From contig CM119271.1 of assembly GCA_051294375.1 (NCBI GenBank), forward strand, positions 8,525,969 through 8,570,413: a stretch of DNA of 44,445 nucleotides, read 5' to 3'. This DNA comes from Paraspadella gotoi. Its lineage: Eukaryota > Animalia > Chaetognatha. This document shows, one piece after another, positions 32,893 to 44,445 of this stretch (position 1 is its first letter; each line of letters begins with the position of its first letter). The notes under the pieces were generated by a model. It was not told where the DNA came from. It was given only the letters and a program-made list of their open reading frames with translations, and searched no databases. A program made the position numbers and the translations under genes.

Positions 32893-35800
32893 TTTTACTT
32901 TTATAACTATCAAAAACGATATTAACACTAACTAACTTTGACAAGGCGGTATACATGTGTTGTGATGGTTTTAAATATCTTGTTTTATCTAGTTTTAAAT
33001 ATCTTAGAATAATCGTCTTGTTAAAGAAATATAGCCCGTCCAAAGTTCTGGGCATGCGAGCTGATTCATTAGTTAATATAAAATGTATAATAAAATAATA
33101 ATAAAAAAACAAATCCCGTCTGAGCGACTCCGAAAAAAAACCTAAACCCCTGAAATAATGGATTGAAAAAAAAAATATCGGAGTCCGACTTCCGATTAAA
33201 GTCAAAGCAGACGATCGAAAACCGTGAAAAAGGATGGAGAGAGCAGAGAGAGAGAGAAAGAGGAGAAGAGAGAGAGAGAGAGAGAGAGAAGGGGTGATAG
33301 GATAGGCGTGAGAGACGCAGAGACTGAGAGAAGACGAGAGAGAAGAAAGAAAGAGAGAGAGAGCAAAACCCGAGTTCCAGAGCCAGAAAAACAAAGTAGC
33401 CAGACGTAGTAATGGATTTGAAAATCAATCATAATAAGGTCGAGCTGTCAATGGGACCGAGCGCCGGCCTCGGGCTCGTCGGTCATATCTCTCGTAAAAC
33501 CGTGAAAGGGGCCGTCGCGACCCCGGGGTACAGAATCCTTTTTATTTATCTTGGGAGGTGGAGGAGGGGTGGGGTCTTGGAAGGAGACAGTGCAAGAGCG
33601 AAGCGTTGTAGACTCGGTAAAAATCTGACCCATGTGACTTGGGAGACAAAGTTCACCGGGACGATGCGAGGTAAGATGTGACACTGTTTACATGCGCCAT
33701 GACGTAATTGTGTTAAAGGGAGTATAGCTCAAATGGACATATAAGATAAGTCTACAATGGAGCATACAATCAAAGCGACCTAATTCTAAAATTGAATAGC
33801 AAACATTCATCATCAAATTAGCTGATTCGATCGGTCACAGTCCGAAAGAAATAATAAAGGATGTACTTATAAGAATTTTAAAAATTAAAAAATGCAAATA
33901 TTTATTTCATTTCTTGAGAGCAATGGTAGATTAAAAAATAAGTCAAATATACACTTTTAAAGTCTTTTTGCTTGTTACAACAGTATAAATTGTATTTATC
34001 GTATCTTTTAATCTCACAGATTGTCTTTCTTCTGCTTCCGGCAACGACCGTGTTGAAAAACTTTGTCTCTTTACTTTTTTTTTGTAAACAATCACAAGCA
34101 CAGGCATTATCACAAGCATAAGCATAAGCACAAGCATAAGCAAAAGCACAACAAATCTTCGACCACGCCTAAATCAAAGTGATTTGCTTCCGAAAAAATG
34201 TTTGAACCCGAACATGACAAGACATGTTCGAATCTATCTGGTTGCTCTTTTGTCCGCTTTATATCATGCAGTGACCTCAAGCTGCCGGGTCGGGAATCGC
34301 TTTTAAGGCCGATATTCGGGTAAATAGGAAATCGTGAAAGATTTTATTTTATTGGATAAAATTTACGAGCCTCTTTTTTTTAATCGTGTTTGTTTCTTTA
34401 AATTTAGCAGTTATAGTTTTATTATTTGATTATTTCCCTTGCGGCCTTCTTTAAAGAAATCCGAAGGCAAACAGAGAGAGAGAGANNNNNNNNNNNNNNN
34501 NNNNNNNNNNNNNNNNNNNNNNNNNNNNNNNNNNNNNNNNNNNNNNNNNNNNNNNNNNNNNNNNNNNNNNNNNNNNNNNNNNNNNNNNNNNNNNNNNNNN
34601 NNNNNNNNNNNNNNNNNNNNNNNNNNNNNNNNNNNNNNNNNNNNNNNNNNNNNNNNNNNNNNNNNNNNNNNNNNNNNNNNNNNNNNNNNNNNNNNNNTTT
34701 TCTTTCCTTCTTATCTTTTTTTAGATTATCACGCGGCCTGACCCCCTTCCTTCCTATCTTACTATTCCTGCTGACGAAAATTTGACAAACGCGGAGTAAC
34801 CCGAAAATTGTGTTATTTAAAATTAAAATTATAATCTTTTTTTATTGTTTTCTCCACAAATTGCATGTATGCATTCGTATACGTACCCGCTTTAAATGTT
34901 CCTTCCTCGCTTCCTCTCTGCCTTCCTCTCTCCTTCNNNNNNNNNNNNNNNNNNNNNNNNNNNNNNNNNNNNNNNNNNNNNNNNNNNNNNNNNNNNNNNN
35001 NNNNNNNNNNNNNNNNNNNNNNNNNNNNNNNNNNNNNNNNNNNNNNNNNNNNNNNNNNNNNNNNNNNNNNNNNNNNNNNNNNNNNNNNNNNNNNNNNNNN
35101 NNNNNNNNNNNNNNNNNNNNNNNNNNNNNNNNNNNNNNNNNNNNNNNNNNNNNNNNNNNNNNNNNNNNNNNNNNNNNNNNNNNNNNNNNNNNNNNNNNNN
35201 NNNNNNNNNNNNNNNNNNNNNNNNNNNNNNNNNNNNNNNNNNNNNNNNNNNNNNNNNNNNNNNNNNNNNNNNNNNNNNNNNNNNNNNNNNNNNNNNNNNN
35301 NNNNNNNNNNNNNNNNNNNNNNNNNNNNNNNNNNNNNNNNNNNNNNNNNNNNNNNNNNNNNNNNNNNNNNNNNNNNNNNNNNNNNNNNNNNNNNNNNNNN
35401 NNNNNNNNNNNNNNNNNNNNNNNNNNNNNNNNNNNNNNNNNNNNNNNNNNNNNNNNNNNNNNNNNNNNNNNNNNNNNNNNNNNNNNNNNNNNNNNNNNNN
35501 NNNNNNNNNNNNNNNNNNNNNNNNNNNNNNNNNNNNNNNNNNNNNNNNNNNNNNNNNNNNNNNNNNNNNNNNNNNNNNNNNNNNNNNNNNNNNNNNNNNN
35601 NNNNNNNNNNNNNNNNNNNNNNNNNNNNNNNNNNNNNNNNNNNNNNNNNNNNNNNNNNNNNNNNNNNNNNNCGCCGTTCCGGAGGTCTCGCCCGCCTCCG
35701 TCATCCATTTTGACAAGGATTAATCACCGACGTCGACGAGAAAAACCGAAGAAAACTTTGGCTTTGTTATGATTTCAGAGAGAGANNNNNNNNNNNNNNN

Positions 35801-37575
35801 NNNNNNNNNNNNNNNNNNNNNNNNNNNNNNNNNNNNNNNNNNNNNNNNNNNNNNNNNNNNNNNNNNNNNNNNNNNNNNNNNNNNNNNNNNNNNNNNNNNN
35901 NNNNNNNNNNNNNNNNNNNNNNNNNNNNNNNNNNNNNNNNNNNNNNNNNNNNNNNNNNNNNNNNNNNNNNNNNNNNNNNNNNNNNNNNNNNNNNNNNNNN
36001 NNNNNNNNNNNNNNNNNNNNNNNNNNNNNNNNNNNNNNNNNNNNNNNNNNNNNNNNNNNNNNNNNNNNNNNNNNNNNNNNNNNNNNNNNNNNNNNNNNNN
36101 NNNNNNNNNNNNNNNNNNGATCGCTTTGATTTCTCGTTAAACCGACGTTATAAATCGGCGACGCCCATATCGAATGTCGTCTCGTCGTCTCGTGTCGGAG
36201 AATTTGATGTCGGTTGATTGAAAAGAAAAGTGTCTCGCGATTCTTAGAGTCCCTCTCTCTCTCTCTCTCTCTCTCTNNNNNNNNNNNNNNNNNNNNNNNN
36301 NNNNNNNNNNNNNNNNNNNNNNNNNNNNNNNNNNNNNNNNNNNNNNNNNNNNNNNNNNNNNNNNNNNNNNNNNNNNNNNNNNNNNNNNNNNNNNNNNNNN
36401 NNNNNNNNNNNNNNNNNNNNNNNNNNNNNNNNNNNNNNNNNNNNNNNNACCGTCTCCCTCTCCATCTGTCTCTCGTTGTTGGCTCGTCATATTGATGAGA
36501 CAAGCCCCCGTCATTTCGAGAGATGATTGGGACGACGCCGGCGACGCGCCCATTTTCAAAAAAAGAAAGAAAAAAAAGAAAATGGAATCAGGAATGAGAT
36601 CGAGATTTTGTTTCGCGGGAGAATTTATTAGAAGGCGAACACGCGAGGGAATGAGGCCCCCTGTTGCAATTCGAGAAGGCAATGGAGAAAATCTATGAAA
36701 ATTGCGAAATGACCTTTTTTTAAACTACGTATATTAAACTAAATTTATAAAAAGGATATAAAAAGTTTAAAATATTTATAGGTGGCGGAAATGAGGGAAA
36801 AAGTGAGCCCATGATCCTCCTAAAGTGATTTTCGATAAACAAAAGTAACAATTGAATTTATAAGTTGAGTTGAAAATGTTTTTAGTTTTATGTTTGAACC
36901 AAACGAAAGGGTTTTTTTTATATGTTTGAACCTAAGAATGTTAAAATCGTATAACATTTAAGCAATTCACTTTAAACGAGTACCAGTTTATAAGCAGCCA
37001 GCTATCTGTTGGACAATGGACATAAACTTTTGCCAAATGTTGGATTGTTTATTGTCATAAACAATAATAAAGACAATTTTTAGGAAATTCAACCAAAAAA
37101 ATTAAATATTCATTTAGTTTTTCCCATTTTTTTTTCGAGCGGAAAAATCCTCCCCCCGAACGCAAATATTGGAGTCCATTTTTTGGGGAAATCTTCGTCC
37201 GACGAAACAAAAGCGAAAATCCGTCCACCGACGATGTTATTGTTTCCAGAGATGATTGACGGGGGCGAGACCTCGTCGTCGTCGTCGTCGTCGTCGTNNN
37301 NNNNNNNATCGTCTTAATATGTCGTAATTCTCTCCTTCATTGTCTTACTCATCGATATCGTCGTCATCGTCGACATTTTCGTCGTCGTCATCGTCGTCGT
37401 CATCATCTTCAATTCATCACCATCATTGTCATCCTTCTCTTATCAATTGTCTTAGCTTTTGTCATCGTCGTTGTCTTTGTCGTTGTTGGCATCCACCTCA
37501 TTTTCGTAGTTGTTGTCATCTGATTGATCGCCGTCATTGTCTTTAATATGACGTCGTCATTCACTTAGTCGTCCA

Positions 37576-37617
<42 letters not shown>

Positions 37618-40600
37618 TACCATTTTTCGTTCCATTTTCATCTTTATCCGTCATTTTCGCAAACGTCGTCGTCGTCGTCGTCTTCGTCGTCGTCGTCGTC
37701 GTCGACGTCGACGTCTTCCATTGTAATTCAAGAAGGCCACACAAAGACTTAATTACTTTCCATCATCAAATTAATTCCTCCCGGAACGGACGAGAGAGAG
37801 ANNNNNNNNNNNNNNNNNNNNNNNNNNNNNNNNNNNNNNNNNNNNNNNNNNNNNNNNNNNNNNNNNNNNNNNNNNNNNNNNNNNNNNNNNNNNNNNNNNN
37901 NNNNNNNNNNNNNNNNNNNNNNNNNNNNNNNNNNNNNNNNNNNNNNNNNNNNNNNNNNNNNNNNNNNNNNNNNNNNNNNNNNNNNNNNNNNNNNNNNNNN
38001 NNNNNNNNNNNNNNNNNNNNNNNNNNNNNNNGAGAGAGAGAGAGAGATGAAAGAATGTGTTTCTGCCTCACGAAAAAAAAGTTTTGAAACTTTATTTTAA
38101 TGCGTCGACGGGAAGAAGCGACAACCGTGTGACAAGTTTGTGATGGAAGAAGAAGAAAGAAGGAGGAAAGAAGGAGAGAAAGAAAGAAAGAAAGGAGGAA
38201 AGAAGGAGAGGAGGAAATAAAGGAAGAGTGGAGGGGTAAAAGGGGAAAGGAGAAAGAATTAGAGAAAGGAGGAGAAATGGAGGGAGGGAGAGAGAGAAAG
38301 AAAGAAAAAGAAGAGAAAGGAGCAGGAAAGAAAAAAAGAAAGAGAGAGAAAGAAAGAAAAAGAAGAGAAAGGAGCAGGAGAGAAAAAAAGAGAGAGATGG
38401 ACAGAAAGAAGAAGAATGAAATGAAAGGAAAGNNNNNNNNNNNNNNNNNNNNNNNNNNNNNNNNNNNNNNNNNNNNNNNNNNNNNNNNNNNNNNNNNNNN
38501 NNNNNNNNNNNNNNNNNNNNNNNNNNNNNNNNNNNNNNNNNNNNNNNNNNNNNNNNNNNNNNNNNNNNNNNNNNNNNNNNNNNNNNNNNNNNNNNNNNNN
38601 NNNNNNNNNNNNNNNNNNTATATTTTCATCATATTTTAAACGCGTTTCACTTTTAAATATGAAACGTCATTTTAGTCGCGTGGAGATTTAAAAGACTCTA
38701 TGCTTGTATGAAAAAAGCTGCTTGTTTCGAAACTCCCGCTTGGTTTTTGATTGCATCTGCTTGGCCTCGACCAAATCGAGTTCAAGTAACGAGTGCCTTC
38801 CTGCTTTCCGCAAATCAATCTTGTTTTAAAACAAAAACAAAAACAACGAAAACAACAAAAAACAATAAAGAAACAACAACAAACTGACGCGGAAAAGTTT
38901 GAAAGGAAACATAAAAAAAAAAAAATTCTCTCTTTTTTAAATCGAATCGCCAGACGAAAATGTCAATATTATTTTAACCTCCCCTTCTCTCCTTTTTTCT
39001 CTCAAAATTACGACGGTTGTTTTTTAACAGTTTATTTTTACAAGGAGAATTTTGTTAAATATGTATATATAAAAAAAACTGTCGCCTACTTTTAAAATCG
39101 AAACAGCGGTCGAGTTGATCTCTGGACGAAATACATTATCCGAAGCGACAAGTGTCTCTCTCTCTCTCTCTCTCTCTNNNNNNNNNNNNNNNNNNNNNNN
39201 NNNNNNNNNNNNNNNNNNNNNNNNNNNNNNNNNNNNNNNNNNNNNNNNNNNNNNNNNNNNNNNNNNNNNNNNNNNNNNNNNNNNNNNNNNNNNNNNNNNN
39301 NNNNNNNNNNNNNNNNNNNNNNNNNNNNNNNNNNNNNNNNNNNNNNNGAAACAGAGGGATTACATTCGCTTGTCTGATCGGATTCATAGCCAAGGTCTCT
39401 CTCTATCTCTCTCGCTCTCTCTCTCGCTCTCTCTCTCGCTCGTGTGATTATTTTGTCCTTAGAAAAACATTCGGCACTAACAACTTAGTTTTTTTTTCCC
39501 TTTTCATTATCTCTTCGGTCGATCAAAGAATGAACGCTAGAGGCACCTGCAATAGTTTTTTTCCCATCAAGTCCGAGAATGATCTTAATCAATCAAACGG
39601 TATTTGTATAATGTAATCTTTAATGACTCTTCGAAAGTAAAAGTAATTAAAAATTAGTTGAATACATTTTTCATTGCTCAAAGAATAAGAAGGTAAATTA
39701 CCAATCATTCGAAAATAAAAATGAAGTGTCAATAAATCAATCAATCAAACAATCCATCCATCAGTTTCTCAATCAATAATTCAGTTTCTCAATTAATCAT
39801 TCAACTTCTCAATGAATCAAATCAATAAAATCAATCAACGAATAAAGCGCCCCCTTAAAATCGCGTATACAATCCCGTCAGTCAATCAAACGTCTTTTCT
39901 TCTCTTCTCTAATGACACCCAGTCGATAAGCCGTCCTCCCTTTGATCTCCCCGCCGTCGTTTTGGGTGGCACCTTCTCTTCCTTTCTTTTTTTTTCTTTT
40001 TCTTTTCTTGTGCCGCGGATCAGAGAGAAAAAGATGACAAGGACGGGACAGCGACGACGACGACGACGACGANNNNNNNNNNNNNNNNNNNNNNNNNNNN
40101 NNNNNNNNNNNNNNNNNNNNNNNNNNNNNNNNNNNNNNNNNNNNNNNNNNNNNNNNNNNNNNNNNNNNNNNNNNNNNNNNNNNNNNNNNNNNNNNNNNNN
40201 NNNNNNNNNNNNNNNNNNNNNNNNNNNNNNNNNNNNNNNNNNNNNNNNNNNNNNNNNNNNNNNNNNNNNNNNNNNNNNNNNNNNNNNNNNNNNNNNNNNN
40301 NNNNNNNNNNNNNNNNNNNNNNNNNNNNNNNNNNNNNNNNNNNNNNNNNNNNNNNNNNNNNNNNNNNNNNNNNNNNNNNNNNNNNNNNNNNNNNNNNNNN
40401 NNNNNNNNNNNNNNNNNNNNNNNNNNNNNNNNNNNNNNNNNNNNNNNNNNNNNNNNNNNNNNNNNNNNNNNNNNNNNNNNNNTGTGAAGGACGAACAATT
40501 TTGTGAACGGTGAACTGTGAATAAAAGACGGACGAAAGAGCATTAAACATTCAATTGTATAGAATCAAAATATTGTTAGTGAAAAGTTAATGTAGAATTT

Positions 40601-40944
40601 AGATTAAATGACGAAGCCAAACTAATTTTTGCCAATTAAGAAAGTTAGGGCAACGTTCTTAAAAAAATGTGAAAAGCTAAAACATGAGTCATAGCACATA
40701 GCACTGTCTTTGAATAAGAGATGTGTTTCGCATTGTTAATTTGTAAGGACAATGTTAGAAAGTGTTAATAAATTTTAATTAATCCAAAATAAAAGTTATG
40801 AAAGTGACATACTGGTACAAAGATAAACATGCCAACAAAAAAAGTCTAAAACAGCACCTGAGAACTTGAGAAGACATAGAACAAACAAAAGACAAACGAA
40901 TGACGAACACGAAACAATGACGACGATGATAACGACGACGACGA

Positions 40945-40985
<41 letters not shown>

Positions 40986-41105
40986 TCGATTGAATTCTCC
41001 TCTCGAAATCTCAAGTTTTTCGTCGATGGATTTGCGTCCGACAAAATCCGCTTAAGTCGATTGACGACAAAGTCCAACACAAATCCTCGACGACAGGCGA
41101 AGGCG

Positions 41106-41136
<31 letters not shown>

Positions 41137-43322
41137 CGGCAGCGGTGGAAAAGGCGGCGGTGTCAACGGCGGCGCAGACGTAAGAAAACAAAGATGCAAT
41201 GACGTTTGTCAAAAATAGAAGCGTCATATTAAATCATTAAAAAATATTTTGTTTTAGTTTATTGATTTCGTTTTTAAAAGAAAAAAAAAATCCGGATTAT
41301 TTGATTACCTGTTCTTTTTTTCCCCCGATCGAAAGCGACGTATCTAAATTTTAAACAAGCAACAGTCAAGCTTTTTTCCGTCATAAAAACAACTCCCCGT
41401 CAACGCAAGCTCACGCGCGATTCCAGANNNNNNNNNNNNNNNNNNNNNNNNNNNNNNNNNNNNNNNNNNNNNNNNNNNNNNNNNNNNNNNNNNNNNNNNN
41501 NNNNNNNNNNNNNNNNNNNNNNNNNNNNNNNNNNNNNAAAAAAAAAAAAAAAAAAGCCCGGGGAAATAACCGCACTAAAAAAATTTGCCCCATAAGTTTA
41601 ACTGCGTTTAAGCGAAATGGATTGTCAATATTTCCATCTTTCTTTCCCCTTTTACGACTCTTTTTATGATTTATTTTACGCTACTAACACGACACGAGGC
41701 AATAAAAATGCTTTTGACGTTATTGCCAGATTTATGGGCGGAAGGCGCCTTAAATTTTTTTTTTCGGTCTCGCTCTCTATCGTTTTTCCCCCTTGTCTCG
41801 CTCTCCCTCTCGTTCTCTCCAACCCTCCGACTTTTTTTATTCTCTCCCCCGCTCTCGTCGCGCGATGCCCTTTTGTCTGAAAAGCCGCGAAATTCTGATC
41901 CGGCGACGGCGAAAATAAAAGAGCTTTTCTTCGACTCCTCCTTGGACCAATCGGCGGTCGTCTTGGGAAATCTCGACCAATGAGAATNNNNNNNNNNNNN
42001 NNNNNNNNNNNNNNNNNNNNNNNNNNNNNNNNNNNNNNNNNNNNNNNNNNNNNNNNNNNNNNNNNNNNNNNNNNNNNNNNNNNNNNNNNNNNNNNNNNNN
42101 NNNNNNNNNNNNNNNNNNNNNNNNNNNNNNNNNNNNNNNNNNNNNNNNNNNNNNNNNNNNNNNNNNNNNNNNNNNNNNNNNNNNNNNNNNNNNNNNNNNA
42201 TATAAAGGGGGAGGTTCTGAGAGTGAATGATTTTTTAGAGTAGGTATAAGGTAGGGAGTGGAACATAAGAGGGTTGGTCGGGGAAGGGTAAGTTTATGGA
42301 GAGTTGGGCAGCAGTCAACGAACGGTTTCATCTAATAGTTGTTGAGGGTTCTTTTATGAAAACAGAATGTCCGCACTTTACAGACTGAATATCATCATTT
42401 AATATTTATCGAAAAGTTTATGTTTAGAGTAAAGTTTTAATTTTTGTGATACGAACTTGCTTTTTGTGGACTAAAGAGGCGTTCTTAGAAATTCCTCCGC
42501 AATGCGCACTGCGCATGGTTGCATAAATGATTAAAATTTCATGACACGGTATGGGCAACGTGAATTGCAACATCGCAGGCGGCGAAACATATTTGCGTTA
42601 ATTCCATCCTTCACTATGAGAGCCGCCTCATCCAAATGTCTCTCCAAATCCTGAATGACCCTAATCTTTCACCAGCTTATAAGTTTGTCACGAGTTGTTC
42701 AATATTCTATATTCTATATTCTAACCTATTCTAACAAAATATTTCTTATCCTTCTAAGACGTTAATGTTAAAGCGACAGTATCCATCCAATTCATTATCG
42801 TCTACATCAACTTTACTACATCAATTTTACTACATCTCACACGGAATCATCTTCCGGCTAAACTTTCCTCTCTGACTCTATTATTAATTATTTAATAATT
42901 AATTAATTAATTATCCCTATGCGCTCACAAACTTCACAAAATTCGCCCTCAATATTTCTTGTATCCCAACTCTTCACAGTTCACAACTTCACACTAGCAG
43001 ACATTGTTTCTCCAATCTCGAAGCGTATAACTGGGGTGAGGAAGGGTTGATGCGGGGTGAGGAAGAGGGGGGCTGAGAAATAAAAAGATAGAGAGAGAGA
43101 GAGAGAAAAGCTTTTGATGATATGGAATCTCGTTTCTTCTCCATGACTTGGTTCGGATATAAATGGGGCATCGTAAAGAATGTTGTTCTTCTGCCAGATC
43201 CATAAACCCGCCGATTTGAGAGTCACGTCGCATGACGTCGTTGTGATTGAGCGAGGCAATTTTTGAGAATGTGCGTCGGTGACGTCGGGAAGAGGGAGAA
43301 AAAGGGTAGGGGAAGGGGGAGG

Positions 43323-43393
<71 letters not shown>

Positions 43394-43637
43394 AAAGAAG
43401 AGGGTCCTAGCAAAGACGCCTTACCACGGTGAAGAATGTCAAAGAATAAGTGCTTATTAAAAAAGTTTAAGCAGTTGAGCCTCCAAACAATGGTTAGAAA
43501 AAAAAGGGGAAAAGGAGAGAAGAAGCGGAGAAATGAACGAAGGAAAGACGAATGAAAGCCAGANNNNNNNNNNNNNNNNNNNNNNNNNNNNNNNNNNNNN
43601 NNNNNNNNNNNNNNNNNNNNNNNNNNNNNNNNNNNNA

Positions 43638-43850
43638 ATTTGGGAGAAAATGAAAAAGGAAAGAAGGAAAGAGAAAAAAAGTAAAGGAAAAAGGAAAGAA
43701 AGAGAAAAGGAAGGAATTTGGGAGAAAATGAAAAAGGAAAGAAGGAAAGAGAAAGAAAGTAAAGAAAAAAGGAAAGAAAGAGAGAAAAATGAAGGAATTT
43801 GTGAGAAAATGAAAAAGGAAAGAAGGAAAGAGAAGGAAAATAAAGGAAAA
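43638..43850. repeat. Purine-rich tandem repeat, about 77-81 bp unit, about 3 copies
   Basis: aatttg(g/t)gagaaaatgaaaaaggaaagaaggaaagagaa recurs at about 43638, 43715 and 43796. Confidence 0.85.
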
Positions 43851-43929
43851 AGGACAAAAAGGACAAAAAGGACAAAAGCAAAATGAAGAAAATATTAAAA
43901 AAATAATAATTATCACTAATTCTTAACAC

Positions 43930-44140
43930 GAATCCCTACCTCTAAAACCTAACCCGTCAGCCTAATCCCTAACCCTATTCCGAAACATTAATCACTAATC
44001 TTAATCCCTAATCTTAATCCCTAACCATATTCCTAAATATTAATCCCTAATATTAATTCCTAATCTTAATCCCTAATCTTAATCTCTAACCATATTCCTT
44101 AACCATCACGCTTAACCTAGAATCTTTAATCTTAAACCTT
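43930..44140. repeat. Degenerate interstitial telomere-like (CCCTAA/TCTTAA)n tract
   Basis: Repeated ccctaa/tcttaa/cctaac hexamers. Confidence 0.7.
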
Positions 44141-44397
44141 GTGTAATGTGTATAGTGTGTAGTGTAGTGTATAGTATGTGTATAATGTGTAATGTGTATA
44201 GACTATCAATTTCGTTTCTTTTTAGATTTGAAGAAAAATAATTATTATTTGATTTTGTCTTCGAATTTTATTTGATAATAAGACATGTTTTGATAATCAA
44301 TAAATTTTACTCTTTAACATTAACTCTCTCTCTCTCTCTCTCTCTCTCTCGCTCTCTCTCTCTAACCTAATGTTAAAGAGTAATAATTTATTGATTG

Positions 44398-44445
44398 TAA
44401 AAACTGATGAAGACTCTAAACTCAGGAGTCGAAACATGTCTTAAT
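44398..44445 (+). ncRNA. Minimal type I hammerhead ribozyme (Penelope-like element type); 3' strand of stem I cut off by window end
   Basis: CUGAUGA (44404-44410), extra A, stem II GACUC/GAGUC with 9-nt loop, GAAA, palindromic minimal stem III ACAUGU, and GUC cleavage triplet (cut after 44440). This matches the minimal HHRs described in Penelope pseudo-LTRs. Only about 2 bp of stem I can be seen. Confidence 0.75.

Noticed and set aside
33412-33681. 89-aa ORF with a gag|gtaag donor-like site
   Set aside because: No coding codon bias or recognisable motif, and no downstream exon found.
40990-41185. Poly-Gly/poly-Ala exon candidate ending at GAC|gtaag
   Set aside because: Mostly a (GGC)n microsatellite, with no clear acceptor, start or partner exon in this gappy region.
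43930-44140. True telomere
   Set aside because: Repeats are highly degenerate and internal, with unique sequence on both sides.

Overview
Eukaryotic (animal, protostome-like; probably lophotrochozoan) genomic scaffold, rich in microsatellites and N gaps. Main gene: an 11-exon, minus-strand cytoplasmic intermediate filament (IF) gene (25998-32200, about 472 aa) with a long lamin-type rod but no lamin-tail domain, NLS or CaaX. It converges tail-to-tail with a small, uncharacterised 3-exon gene encoding an approximately 95-aa protein with three hydrophobic segments. A 10.7-kb block (8809-19520 = 19953-30690) occurs twice, differing mostly by single-base indels; this is most likely a long-read gap-filling artefact, so everything inside it appears twice. 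The most interesting signal lies in intron 1 of the small membrane-protein gene: a head-to-tail repeat (about 425-440 nt unit, about 1.6 copies) whose minus strand carries a tRNA-like module followed directly by a circularly permuted (P5-type) twister ribozyme-like motif. This suggests a candidate twister 'retrozyme'/SINE that could release unit-length, possibly circular, RNA. A minimal type I hammerhead (Penelope-type) sits at the window end, and a perfect 71-bp-arm palindrome containing half of such a hammerhead lies in an IF intron. All structures were read by eye and none has been computationally or experimentally verified.
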